Source: Proteromonas lacertae
Lineage: Eukaryota
Direction: 5' to 3'
Length of the DNA: 64,000 bases
Assembly (NCBI GenBank): GCA_002245135.1
Contig: NGBS01001164.1
Coordinates: 248,001-312,000 of the forward strand
Position 1 is the first letter of the stretch; the number at the start of each line of letters is the position of its first letter. Positions 1 through 12,380 of this stretch are shown here, piece after piece. A program made the translations under genes and the position numbers. The notes below the pieces were generated by a model that did not search any database, was not told the DNA's origin, and was given only the letters and a program-made list of their open reading frames with translations.

Positions 1-196
1 ATTAAGGTTGATGAAAGAAAACAAAGAAATATTTGAATGTTTAAATTGTTTATCAATTACAGTAAAACAAAATATAGATAAGTCAACACTGAATTCATTC
101 TTAAAAACATTTTCATCAATTGGAATAATCAAAATAAATGGAATATCAGAAGAAGAAAAGAAAAAATTATCAAAGGAATTCTTCAATATTGAATAA
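1..196 (+). CDS. 3' end of pseudokinase-LRR family gene (copy A, cut by window edge)
   Basis: Peptide LRLMKENKEIFECLNCLSIT...GISEEEKKKLSKEFFNIE aligns by eye with the C-termini at 33113-33406(-), about 11280-11445(+) and 63665-63850(+). Confidence 0.75.
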   Translation, partial: LRLMKENKEIFECLNCLSITVKQNIDKSTLNSFLKTFSSIGIIKINGISEEEKKKLSKEFFNIE

Positions 197-329
197 TTAC
201 AATAAAATATAACTCATTATATGTTTTATTTTATTTTAACCCCCATAAAACAACACATTTATAGAATTTATGATTAATGAATAATGAGTTTTACGGTATA
301 ATACTTATAGTAGTATTAGTAGTATTCAT

Positions 330-3300
330 TTACCATGCTTCTAATGAATATCTACCTGTAGCTTCCATATTCTCAATTTCTTTCTTAGCTTGTTCTTCAC
401 TCATCTTTCCTTGTGAAGCAAAAGCTCTAATCATTGATTGTTTTACATCCTCTGGTACTCTTGAGGCTGGTCCACAGAAATAGAAATGTCCTTTCTTTGT
501 ATATAATAAGTCAAATGGTAAGGATGGTTCTTCATCTACTTTATTTTGAATATATACTTTCTTAGCTTGATCTCTTGAGAAGGCTGGTCTCATGTATTCT
601 AATACACCATCTTTATGATATTGATCCCATTCATCAGAGAATAAATATTCAGTCTTTTGATATCTACATCCATAGTATAATAACATTGGTCCAATCTTCT
701 TACCAGCTTTCTTATCCATTGCTCTTTGTTGTACAAAGGCTCTGAATGGAGCAATACCAGTACCTAAACCAGCCATTACTACTGGTGTTTCTGTTGATTC
801 TGGTAATACAATTGTACCAGCTTTAACTGTACATTCAATATTGATTGGTGATTCTTTAGATGGATTGCAATGTCTTAAATAGTCAGTACATAAACCAACT
901 CTATCTTTACCTGATGGTGTCTTCCAGTCAACTACAACTACGCATAAGTGTAATGTATCTGGATACATTGCCATTGAGGATGCTATTGAATAATATCTTG
1001 GTTTAATTTGTGGTACTAAATCTAATAAGTTAGCAATTGGTACTTTGCAGGATGGATATTTCTCAAAGATATCAGCATATGTTACTGTTTCTTTAACTAA
1101 TGTTTCTAATTCAGCTTTACCTTCATTAGATACTAAATGTAATAATGCTTTCTTATCTGCTTCATTACCAAAGATTGATAAGGATTCAAAGAATCTCTTA
1201 TTTGGTTTACCGAATAAATCTAATCTTTCTGTGAATAATTGTCTAGTGGATATTAAACTTGGGAATACACCAGCATTCTTTGGATCTACTGCTTTAATTG
1301 ATAATACTTCATTACCACTTAAACCAAAGTGTTTCAACATTCTATCTACATTCTCTGGAATATTTCTAGCATAAATAGCTAATGCATCACCTACATTGAA
1401 TTGTACACCACTTCCTCTTAAGTCAAATTGTAAATGCATAATATCTCGATCATAATCTTTAGGTGTCATTCTTACATTAGAAATCATTTTAATTACTGAA
1501 CTTGCTGGTCTATTAACACTGCCTGGAGCATGAGCACCTTCTTTGATTTCTACAATGTTCTTTGGTTGTGGTGGTCCTGATAATTGAGCTGGTTTTATAT
1601 CTAATGCATTGAAGAGATTTGGTTCCCAGATATCATAAGCAGTGTTGTATTTATCTTCATCTTGGTCATTACCATATCCAGTTTCGACGACTTTCTTTGC
1701 ACCTGCTTTTGTTAAAGCTTCATCATATTTCTTAGCAGCTTGACAGAAGAATGTGTAATTTGTATCACCTAAACCAAATACTGCATATTTAGTATTCTTT
1801 AATGCATCTGGACTTAATCCTTGTAAATATTTGTACAAGTTTCTACAGTTTGGTGGTAATTCACCTTGACCACAAGTTGATACTAATAATACTATTAATG
1901 GTTCATTCACTAATTCATCAGTCTCATAATCATCACAAGCTGATAAGGTTGCATTTACACCTCTTTGTTTACATTCTTCATAGAAGTTGTTAGCTAACTG
2001 TTCAGTTGTTCCTGTATCTGATCCATATAATATTAACATCTTTGGTCCACTTCCTTCAGAACCACTTCCACCTGCTGCTGGTGCTTTCAATCCTAATGCT
2101 TTGATTTGTAAGGATTGGAATCTGGTCTTTAAGTGATCTTCTAAATCTGATTGTAATTTCTTTGCTACATCTGGTTTACTTAACATTAATGAGTTGAATC
2201 TTACTTCTCTTGCTAAGAAGTCCTTTAATCCATCATGAATCTTCTTACAATCTAATTGGAATGGATTCTTATGTTGATCTACTAATCTTGGATCCCATCT
2301 ATATAATGGCCAATAACCAGTATTAACAGCAGTTTGTGCTTCTTTGAATGAGGCAGACATACCTGGTCTTAAACCAAATTGCATACATGGTGAATAAGCA
2401 AAGATAATTGATGGACCATCATAACTTTCAGCTTCATTGAATGCTTTTACAACTTGATTCATATTAGCATACATACATACTGAAGCAACATATACATTAC
2501 CATAACTCATAAACATCTCTGCCATTTCTTTCTTATTCAATCTCTTACCATTAGCTGTGAATTGTTGTACTGCACCTAATGATGTAGCTTTAGAGGCTTG
2601 ACCACCTGTGTTGGAATACATCTCAGTATCCATAATCAATACATTGATATTACATCCTGATGCCATTACATGATCTACACCACCATAACCAATATCATAA
2701 GCCCAACCATCTCCACCAATAATCCATTGAGAGATCTTTGGGAATTGATCTTTATTGGCATATAATTGTTCTAACATTGGATCTTTACTATGTTCAGCTT
2801 CTAATAATCCTTTAATCTTTTCACTAATCTTTTGACATACAGCACCATTGTCTTTCTCTGCTAACCAATCAGCTAAAGCATTCTTTAAATCACCTGACAT
2901 TTTAACATCTGGATTGTTAACTACTTGTTCTACTAATGATACATGTTTTTCTCTTCTATGAACAGCGGCAATATGCATACCTAAACCATATTCAGCATTA
3001 TCTTCGAATAAACTATTAGCCCAAGCAGGTCCTTGTCCTTTTTGGTTGGTTGTGTATGGGTTAAATCCAGCAGTTCCTCCCCAGATTGATGAACAACCTG
3101 TTGCATTAGCAATTACCATTCTTTCACCAAATAATTGGGTTAATAATTTAACATATGGAGTTTCACCACAACCTTCACAAGCACCAGAGAATTCTAATAA
3201 TGGTGTATTGAATTGAGATCCTTTGATTGTATTTCTATCAAATAAATGACCTTTCTCAGCTACTTTCATGGCATATTCCCAGTTGTGTTTTTGTTTTGCT

Positions 3301-5705
3301 TCTTCTTCTTCAGCTGGTTTCATTGTCAATGCATTATCTGGACAAGCAGTTGAACATAATGCACAACCAGTACAATCGAATGGAGATACTTGGATTCTAT
3401 ACTTTAATCCAGCTGGTCCTGCTGTTGATTTAACAGTTTCAAACGATGCAGGTGCTGCTTTAGCTTCATCAGCTGTTAATACAAATGGTCTAATAACTGC
3501 ATGTGGACATACCATTGCACATTGATTACATTGGGTACATTTACTTGAATCCCATTCTGGTATTTCTAAGGCTATACCTCTCTTCTCATATTTGGTTGTT
3601 CCTGATGGGAAATAACCACCTGGTGTAAATACACTTACTGGTAATGTATCACCATCAAAGTTACTCATTGGAATCATTACTTTCTCTATGAATTCTGGTA
3701 ATTTACCTGGTTCAAGATTCTCATTGATTGGTTTTGGTTCATTTGGTAAACTAGCCCAAGATGCTGGATATTTGATTTCTTTTAATTCTGCTAATGCACC
3801 ATCTACAGCTTTATAGTTCATATTAACTACAGCATCACCTTTCTTACCATAGGTCTTCTTAATAGCAGCTTTTAAATATTCTACAGCTTTATCAAATGGA
3901 ATAACTTCAGTTAATTTGAAGAATGCAGTTTGTAAGATCATATTAATTCTTTTACCTAAACCAATTTCTTGACCTAATTTGAATGCATCAACATTGTAGA
4001 ATCTCACTTTCTTTTGTCCAATTAATCTCTTTGTATGAGTACATAAGTTCTTTTCCATTTCTTCTAATGTACTCCATGGTGAGTTTAATACAAATACACC
4101 TCCATCTTTGATTTGACCTAATACTTCGAATTTATTGACATAATAAGTCTTATGACAAGCTACATAATCTGCTTTTTGAATCAAATAAGGAGATGTAATT
4201 GGTTCTTTACCAAATCTTAAATGTGATTGTGTTAAACCACCTGATTTTCTAGCATCATAATAGAAATAAGCTTGAATTGTCATATCTGTATGATCACCAA
4301 TAATCTTAATAGCATCTTTATTAGCACCAACAGTACCATCTGATCCTAAACCCCAGAATAAACATTGTTTAACTGTTGAAGGTAATGTATTTGGTTCTGG
4401 TACAATTGGTAATGATAAATGAGTTACATCATCTTCAATACCTACAGTGAATCTCTTTATTGGATCTTTAGCAACCAAATTGTTATAAACTGACCATACC
4501 ATACCTGGAGTGAAATCTTTTGATCCTAAACCATATCTACCACCAATTAATACTTTAGGATGAATAGTACATTCACCACTCTCAAAGGCAGCACATACAT
4601 CTAAATACAATGGTTCACCTACAGCTGCTGGATCCTTCATTCTATCTAATACAGCAATTCTTTCCACTGTCTTTGGTAATGCTTTTAAGAAGTGACTAAT
4701 ACTCCATGGTCTGTATAATCTAACCTTTAATACACCAGTCTTTTGGCCATGTTCTTTGTTTAAAAATCTGGATGTTTCTACACACACTTCACAACCACTA
4801 CCCATTACAATAATGACAGAAGTAGCATCAGCAGCACCTTCATATTCAAATAATTGATATCTTCTACCAACTAATTTCTCAATCTTAGCAAAGGTTTGAT
4901 CTACAATTTCTGGTACTTTTTCGTAGAATTTGTTAGCGGCTTCAGTGATTTGGAAGAATACATCGGGTGTTTGAGCTGTACCTCTTAATTCTGGATGTTC
5001 TGGATTAACACCACGATTACGGAATTCAGCAACTTTATCTTGAGGGATATATTTAGCTAAATCTTGATAATCAATTAACTTTACTTTTTGAATTTCATGG
5101 GAAGTTCTAAAACCATCAAAGAAGTGAACGAATGGTACACGAGATTCTAATGTTGCAATATGGGCAGCAATAGCAATATCATGAGCTTCTTGAACTGATT
5201 GGGAGTTAAGTAAAGCAAAACCAGTACTTCTACAAGCCATAACATCGGAATGTTCACCATAGATTGATAATGCTTGACCAGCAATAGCTCTTGCAGCTAC
5301 ATGGAATACACATGGTTGTAATTCACCAGCTATCTTGTACATATTAGGAATCATAAGTAATAAACCTTGGGAAGCTGTGAATGTTGTTGTTAATGCACCA
5401 CCTGTTAAAGCACCATGTACAGCACCTGCAGCACCAGCTTCTGATTGCATTTCTGTAACACGACTATTTAAATTATATGTTATTTTATTAAGGAATATAC
5501 GTTACTTGACCAAAACAGTTTTTAATACCTTGACTTGACCATACATCAGCCAATTCACCCATTGGAGTGGATGGAGTAATTGGATAAATGAAAGCCATAT
5601 CACTAAAACCATATCTAAGAAAAAATAGTAGATAAATCCAAAATACCCAATATGACTTGCTGCAGTATTACCATCGCATGACTTTGTAATAAATTTTGCT
5701 GACAT
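330..5705 (-). CDS. PNO: Pyruvate:NADP+ oxidoreductase (PFOR fused to flavodoxin/FAD/NADPH cytochrome P450 reductase module)
   Basis: PFOR motifs YPITPS, MQSEAGAAG, GFRTSHE, two CxxCxxCxxxCP ferredoxin motifs, GACEGCGE and GDGWAYDIG. These are followed by flavodoxin YGSDTGTT, FAD motif RYYSIASS, GTGIAPF and a terminal W. Two introns (5615-5646, 5464-5500) join the ATG at 5705 (MSAKFITKSCDGNTAA...) to the 1706-aa ORF. Confidence 0.97.
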
Positions 5706-6864
5706 TTCTCTATAGTAATATAAAATAAAGATCGAGTTTATAGAAAAAAGATTCTGTATAATCAATAAGTTTTAAATGAGTAAATAAAACATAAAATAGA
5801 GTTCTTATAAATAAAGAAACATAATAGAATATAAAAATACCAAGATTATAAAGAGGATGTAACTTTTCTGTTATTGATTCAGCAATTAATACTAATTAAG
5901 CCTCACCCTCAAATCTTGAGCATTGATTGGTTTATTAAAATCGGGATTGGATCGATTATCGATATTTTTATAACAGATAAATTGAAATACAATTTTATAA
6001 TTGAGATATACGTTTTTAAATACCATTAAGAATGTTATGAACCATGGACCAACTTTGTTTATGTGTTTTTTCAGTAGTGGTATTAATGTCTGTAGAAGCT
6101 TCACAACAAAATCATAAATAATAGATAAAACGAATTATTTTGGGGGTGAAATAAGTACACTAATTAGAAAATTTGAATATTCTAAAAAGGATGTTTGAGA
6201 ATGAGTTTGTTATTATTTTAAAAATTTATTCGTTTTTCTACTTCTTTAATATTCGTAATGTGATTAAGATGAAAATATATATTTTGATGAAATGATGTGC
6301 TTTTCTTTATGTTTTGTGATTTTGTTGGTTTGCTAAAAAGAAATACGATTATAATATGGAGATCTACCGAAAAATTTCAATTTTTATTCTTATTTCATTA
6401 TTTACGGTATGTGCTGTGTTTATTTTTACATACAATTTATAAGCGTATAATACTATTATTATTATATATTCTAGGAAAAGCTACAAACTTCTGTAGTCGA
6501 TATAATGTAATCTTTTTATACATTCTCAGTATTTGCTATTTTTTTAAATATTGAATACTATCCTTATACTACTTATACGATAATTTTAAGCATAGATTGT
6601 CAAATCCTTCAATATTCTTCTAAATGCACAAACATGGATGAATAACACTTAAACAGTTAGTTACATTTCTGATATAAGTAATAGCATCATAATCGATAAT
6701 ATCATTTTGTGATAAAATGTTTTATGAAGTTATGTTGTGTCAATTAAACTTACTTAATATGGTAAAAAAAGTTGAGACATAATTGTTTATACATATCCAC
6801 TGCCTTGAAATATTAGATTTTTTTGTCACTATTTTTTTATTGGCTAGTTTCTACTTATTCAATC

Positions 6865-7879
6865 ATGATTAGTAGTTCTAGTATTGTGCCTTCGAAAAGC
6901 AGTGACAATAGCAATACTTATATATTTGTAACTTTATTTTGTTATAACATCTTAGATAAATGCTTATAAGAAGATCTTGATGCATAGAACAAAAATGGAC
7001 CGGGAATTACTATTCTCGTTATCATCAAATAATATTAAATATGCCAATGCCTTATTCTGTATAGTAAGCAGTCTATATTTTTAGTAAGCATATATGAGGT
7101 AAATTTGATTGAAAAATCCTTTCTGAGGATATGGAATAGAAACAGAAAAGTGGAATGGATTGACATTAATTCCATCCAATCAAGCCAGTATAATATTTTT
7201 AGTGAAATAGTAAGTTGCTTCTTTATAGAAAGTATAAACCATTATCATTTAATGTATAAATATAGATGAAGTATATTTCGAAGAATATTTTCGATTCATC
7301 TGCATTTTTCTATTTTTTGACTATGAGTCAGTATTTTCTCTAATGATAGTTATGGCTGGTATTTACAGTAATATATACATCTCCGATGTATGTATTTTAA
7401 ATTATATTTATTAGGAACAACTTAAATCATTCATCTGTCATTATTCAATTTTTAATGATTTTTATGATGAATTATCCTTGCTAACTACAACTGAAAACAA
7501 ATCACCAAATAATCCAGAAGCCTGTTATTCCTTGAAGAAATTAAGAAAACATATTAAATACAGTGATAGTTTTAGGCAGTATATAGAATCATTTAGAGAT
7601 GAACTTAATAAAATAGTATTTAGTAAAAATAGATATAATACAATAACTAACAAAATTCAATTTTATTATTACGGGCAAGTATTCGAAAAAAGAGAATGTT
7701 GTCTAACTAAATTGTATAAATGTATATGTACTCGTGAAGAAAAACAATATCATTTCGATTATTATTCTGAAAATCCTAGTATTGAGGATTTCCAATGCTT
7801 AGTAAACGAAGAGAAACTTAGATTTGGATACGGCTCAAGAAATACGAGCACAATGCACATATTATCAATTTTTAAATAG
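6865..7879 (+). CDS. Hypothetical protein, paralog of the gene at 54155-55400 (possible degenerate EF-hand family)
   Basis: Spliced exons give INAYKKILMHRTK...YEVNLIEKSFLRIW...MAGIYSNIYISDEQ, matching IAGYKEALLKTK...YEISRLETIFLHIW...TGMYSGIYTTEDQ of the 54-55 kb gene, with corresponding intron positions. Confidence 0.55.
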
Positions 7880-8051
7880 ACCAAATGAATATTGTCATTC
7901 TAAATGTGTAACTTTTTGTATATACACAACTATATTTATCAAAAAACATGCATTTTAAATAGGCTATTAATTAAAATTTCATACTTTTCTATGTATATTG
8001 TTCAAAAACAATAAAAAAAGAAATAACATCATTTTCTATTGAATTTATCAT

Positions 8052-10122
8052 CTATTTTATCATACTCAAATCATTAACCACCTTTTTCAATTCATTTGGT
8101 GGAATTAACAGTTTTATAAGAGAAGGATTACAATGAAGAGCAAAATCTCTATAAGATAATAAACTAACCAAATATTCATCCATATCTATTGAACTAAGTC
8201 CTTTATGATATATTGGAATAATCATATTACCTATATTATCACTATAAACACTAATTTTAGGAAGTAAAATCAATAATTCTTTCATTTCATTTGATTTTAA
8301 TTTGTTTATATCTATTTTCTGAAATACATTGGATAATAAATCTTTTGAATATAAAACATTAAAATTATCTAATAACTATTCAATAATAATAATAATAAAT
8401 ATACAAATAAGATAGTAGAAACTGGAAGTAATGGAATAATCAAATTTAACACATTCTCAAATTCTTTTATCATATTCTTTATTGATGAATTGTTCTTTAT
8501 TCTGAATAAAGATATTAAACATTCGATTATTGATATTAACTCCTTTTCATTGTATTTACTATAACTCTTTATTTCATTAACAAAAGAATTTAATTGATAG
8601 AATAAAGAGTTTAGAATATAGTTTAAGGATGAATTTGTATTTATATTTTTATCTTTCCAATTATAATATTTTATAAACAACACATAATTATTATATCTAT
8701 ATATTTCACATATGGATAATTCATTCAAATAATATTCAATTACATCAAACTGAAATACTTCATACAAATTGTTTAATAAATATATTAATTGAATTGTCAT
8801 ATTATTATTCTCACAATTATTATATAATATATAACTGAATATTGTATTATGATATATCTTTTGATCTTCTATCTTTAGATTATTGAATATTTTTACATAA
8901 ATACATAACAAAAATGGAAATAATTCACTTTTTTCAAACAATTTCATCATCATATTTTGAATTGAATAATTGGATATTATTATATTTAAATCTCTCTCTA
9001 TTAATCCTACTATATATTCACTACAATAGATATTCTCATATTTATATAACAAGATTGGATTATCATTATATATGTTTTGAAATAATAATGAATAGAGAGA
9101 AGAATTCTGATTATATTTCAATAAATCAATTAATATTAGATATAACCCATCTATTTTACTATTATCATTATTATTAGATAGTAAATAGTCTATTATTCTA
9201 TCATTCTTTATTATTATATCAATTAGTGAATAAATATTATCATATAATAATTTATAAATACTTTCACTAGCATATTTATCATTGAGAAATAATCTCCACT
9301 TACATAATGATGTTATTACTTCATTCAGTTTTTCATTTTCATTGTTCAATATGTCTGTTGTATAAGTTTTACTAAATCCAATTATAAATATTAGGAATAA
9401 CTTCAATATCTTTATATCTGTTGATATTTCATCTTCTTTCATCTTCTCTATTTTAATTATTCTCTTATTTATTTGGTTAAATAAAACATCAAATATTTCA
9501 TCCACTGGAATATTATCAAAATGTTTCTATTATATAATAATATTATATTATGTTATAATTATACAGTAATACTGTGTTTTATCATTGGTTTCCATATTGA
9601 ACTAATTAAATAAATATTATCACTTAATATATCATTCAAAGAGAGTAAATTATCATAATATAACTCAAGTATTATATCATCATTATCTATTTTTGTAAAT
9701 ACACATTCAATTATCGAGCTTAGTGTCTATATTACTATAGCCTATATAGGTTATACTTGAAAATATTGCTTTAGTTGAGTTGAATCTACTCCATTTGATA
9801 ATTCATTCCACTTCATTATCACATTTCTTATATAATTTGTCACTCCAAGACATATCTCTTCATTTATATCGTTTTTTTCTATAAACTTAAAGTAACAAGG
9901 TAAAAATGACAAATGTGTTGAAAAATCTGAAATGCAGGATAGTTTGGGAATTATCTGAGAAAATACTGATAGTATATTATTATCATTTAGTTGTAGTTTA
10001 CACAAGGAGAGATCTTCTTCAAACATCTGTTTTAACTCTTCAAATATGGTTCTATACGAATTTTTAAAATCATTATTAATCATTTCTATTATTTTGTTAA
10101 GATTTTGAGTGTTTCTATTCAT
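8052..10122 (-). CDS. Multi-exon alpha-helical (HEAT/ARM-like) hypothetical protein; weak resemblance of C-terminus to FIRRM/C1orf112
   Basis: Same-strand ORFs 9751-10122, 8369-9505 and 8052-8285 are separated by short GT..AG gaps. The protein is Leu/Ile-rich. The family call rests only on recalled similarity of IYHKGLSS...LLSYRDFALHCN. Confidence 0.55.
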
Positions 10123-10131
10123 TTTATTCAG

Positions 10132-10143
10132 TTTGGCGCGAAA
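10132..10143. promoter_or_regulatory. E2F/DP-type site TTTGGCGCGAAA
   Basis: Near-palindromic match to TTTSSCGC about 10 bp upstream of the ATG at 10122(-). It is a GC-rich word in an extremely AT-rich background. Confidence 0.6.
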
Positions 10144-10444
10144 TGACTTTTTTTTTTCAATTTTTTTTCTTTTTTAAAAAGCTAAACAAAACATATAGAT
10201 CAGTGTAAATATATCATTCGAAATAATGTCGTTACAATTTATCAATTACTCTTCATATTTTACTATCACATCCTTTGTTAGTTAATTTTGTTTTGTAATT
10301 CAGTTATAATCTCAATATTATAATTAATGAATAGAATGATCTAGCAATAGCAATTTTCAATATGTATAATGAGTATTTGATGTGTTTAATGATGTTTAAT
10401 TAAGAAAATAAAGAATAGAAACGACTAAATATTTTGAAACAAGA

Positions 10445-11445
10445 ATGATAAACTTAAACTCATTCTTAGATAATAAATTATCATCGCTTCTACCATTAAA
10501 TGCAAAAGTATGAAAAATTATGGATATTCTTTAATAGATAAAAGAAACAGGTGAAAAGAATGTAAATGAAGTTAATGTGAAAGTAGAAATGATGAACGAT
10601 GTTAAAATGATAAAAATATTAAATATCCGGAAGATCAAAGAAAAGCATATATTGAAATTTATCGAGAATCATCAATTATTATCCAAAAATTGTAGTTTAA
10701 TCACATATCCATTTCAAATACAACATATCGGATGTAATATGATATTATTATCAAGAAAATATTACACTAGAGATTTAGAAGAATTAATAAAAGGCAAATC
10801 ATTAACAAATAGACTTATTTGTAATGTGATATGTTATATATGTAATACATTAATAATATTGAGTGAAAATGATATAATAGTTGATAATTTAAAGAGCAGT
10901 AATGTGATTTATAAAGTTAATAATAATATGTTGTTATGTGATTTATTTTTGAATGCATTGGGAAATGATGATGAAATGAGAGTGTATGATATATGTTTCA
11001 AAAGCCCAGAAGAGTTGAGTGGATTAGAATGTGATGAGAAAAGTGTGATTTGGTCAATTGGATGTATATTATATGAGATGATTTGTAAGAAATTACCATT
11101 TGAAGAGGATAATAATGTGTTTCAAGTATTATTATTATGAATATAAACATTAAATAGATATTGGAATGAGTGAAAATGGATTGAAGTTATTAATAGAAAA
11201 GATAAAAGATAATTATCCACTAAGAAAGTTAAATTTATCAGGAAATGAATTAGATGAAAAAGGATTAAGATTAATTAAAAGAAATAGTGGAGTTTTCAAT
11301 GGATTGGATAAAATTATCAATAACATTCAAAAGTAACATAACTAAAAAACATTTGAAATCATTTTTACTCGCACTTTTGTCAATTAAAAAGATAAAAATG
11401 AATGGAATAATGGAAGAAAATAAGGAAGAAATTCAAGAAGAATAA
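10445..11445 (+). pseudogene. Pseudokinase-LRR copy B with large internal deletion
   Basis: Kinase-like part (DNLKSSN, CDLF, FKSPEE, WSIGCILYEM, KLPF) is joined out of frame near 11119 to the last intron and terminal LRR exon (DIGMSENGLKLL...NLSGNELD). About 2.3 kb present in copy C is missing. Confidence 0.75.
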
Positions 11446-11538
11446 TAATTTTTAGATTTTTTTTTTAATGAATAATTAAATTGTAAATAATTCATATTTT
11501 TATAATAATACATTTACTTATTTTATTTTTATTTCTTA

Positions 11539-12205
11539 TTACATTACATCATCACTGTTATTAAAATCATCAAAATCATCTTCAATATCATCTGGTATTT
11601 CATCAGGTATATCATTAGAAACAACTTCTTTTTCTTTCTTTTCACTATTCATTGGAGGTAAACTTCCTGCAGTTTGTGGCATTCTACTTAGTGAAGGCAA
11701 TTTAGAAGCTGGTGATTTTTCAGATTCTGTTGAACTTTCGAATAGTGAATCATCATTGTCATTTTTTTGAGGTGATTCAAATTCATTGTTATTATTATTT
11801 CTATTGCTATTGTTGATCATGTTGTTCATCATTCCAAAACTATTGGTGGAAGGTGGTGGAAGTGAATTACTATTATTTGAGGGTATATTCTTCTGAGAAT
11901 CTGATACATTTTTAAGTAATTCGTTTAAAAGTATTATTATCTATCAAATTATATGCTAAAAGTAAATACTTGCTCTTTAGTTATCATATTTGGAGAGAAA
12001 TACTGATCATGTTCACGAATAAGCATTTCATAAATACTTTCAGCTGTTTTAAGGGTATTTATGTTTAAATCAACTTCATAGAGCTTTGTTTCTTCTAATA
12101 AGTAAGATGATTTTGAAAAATACCATCATTTCCATTTGTATATTCTAAACCTATCTTACTAGGTTCGAATTTTACACCTACTTTATGTAAAACTATATCA
12201 CTCAT
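11539..12205 (-). CDS. CEP19-like N-terminal domain protein with low-complexity acidic tail
   Basis: Spliced N-terminus MSDIVLHKVGVKFEPSKIGLEY...EHDQYFSPNMITKEQIIILLNELL resembles the CEP19 start (K-x-G-I/V-R/K-F-x-P-x-x-I-x-L-x-Y). It has two short introns. The conserved CEP19 C-terminal block is not evident. Confidence 0.5.
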
Positions 12206-12380
12206 TGAAAAAAATAAGATCGAAATTCAAACTTAAATAACTGTCAAACATTATCAAGCTCAGTTCCATCAAACTCTGAATCAAGCTAATATTATATTCT
12301 CTTTTTTTCTCTTAAACAAACATAAAATAATAAGGTCAATGATATATATTGCTCCAAGAGCTACATTAATGAGTAATAGT

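Noticed and set aside
277..5538. Plus-strand ORFs inside PNO (277-483, 1045-1374, 1802-1993, 3227-3525, 5335-5538)
   Set aside because: Antisense shadows of a strongly codon-biased gene, with no independent motifs.
5892..6554. ORFs 5892-6104 and 6297-6554 upstream of PNO, and similar short ORFs at 40834-41109, 41780-41980 and 60780-61034
   Set aside because: No recognisable motifs, paralogs or consistent splice pattern. Probably non-coding or decayed sequence.
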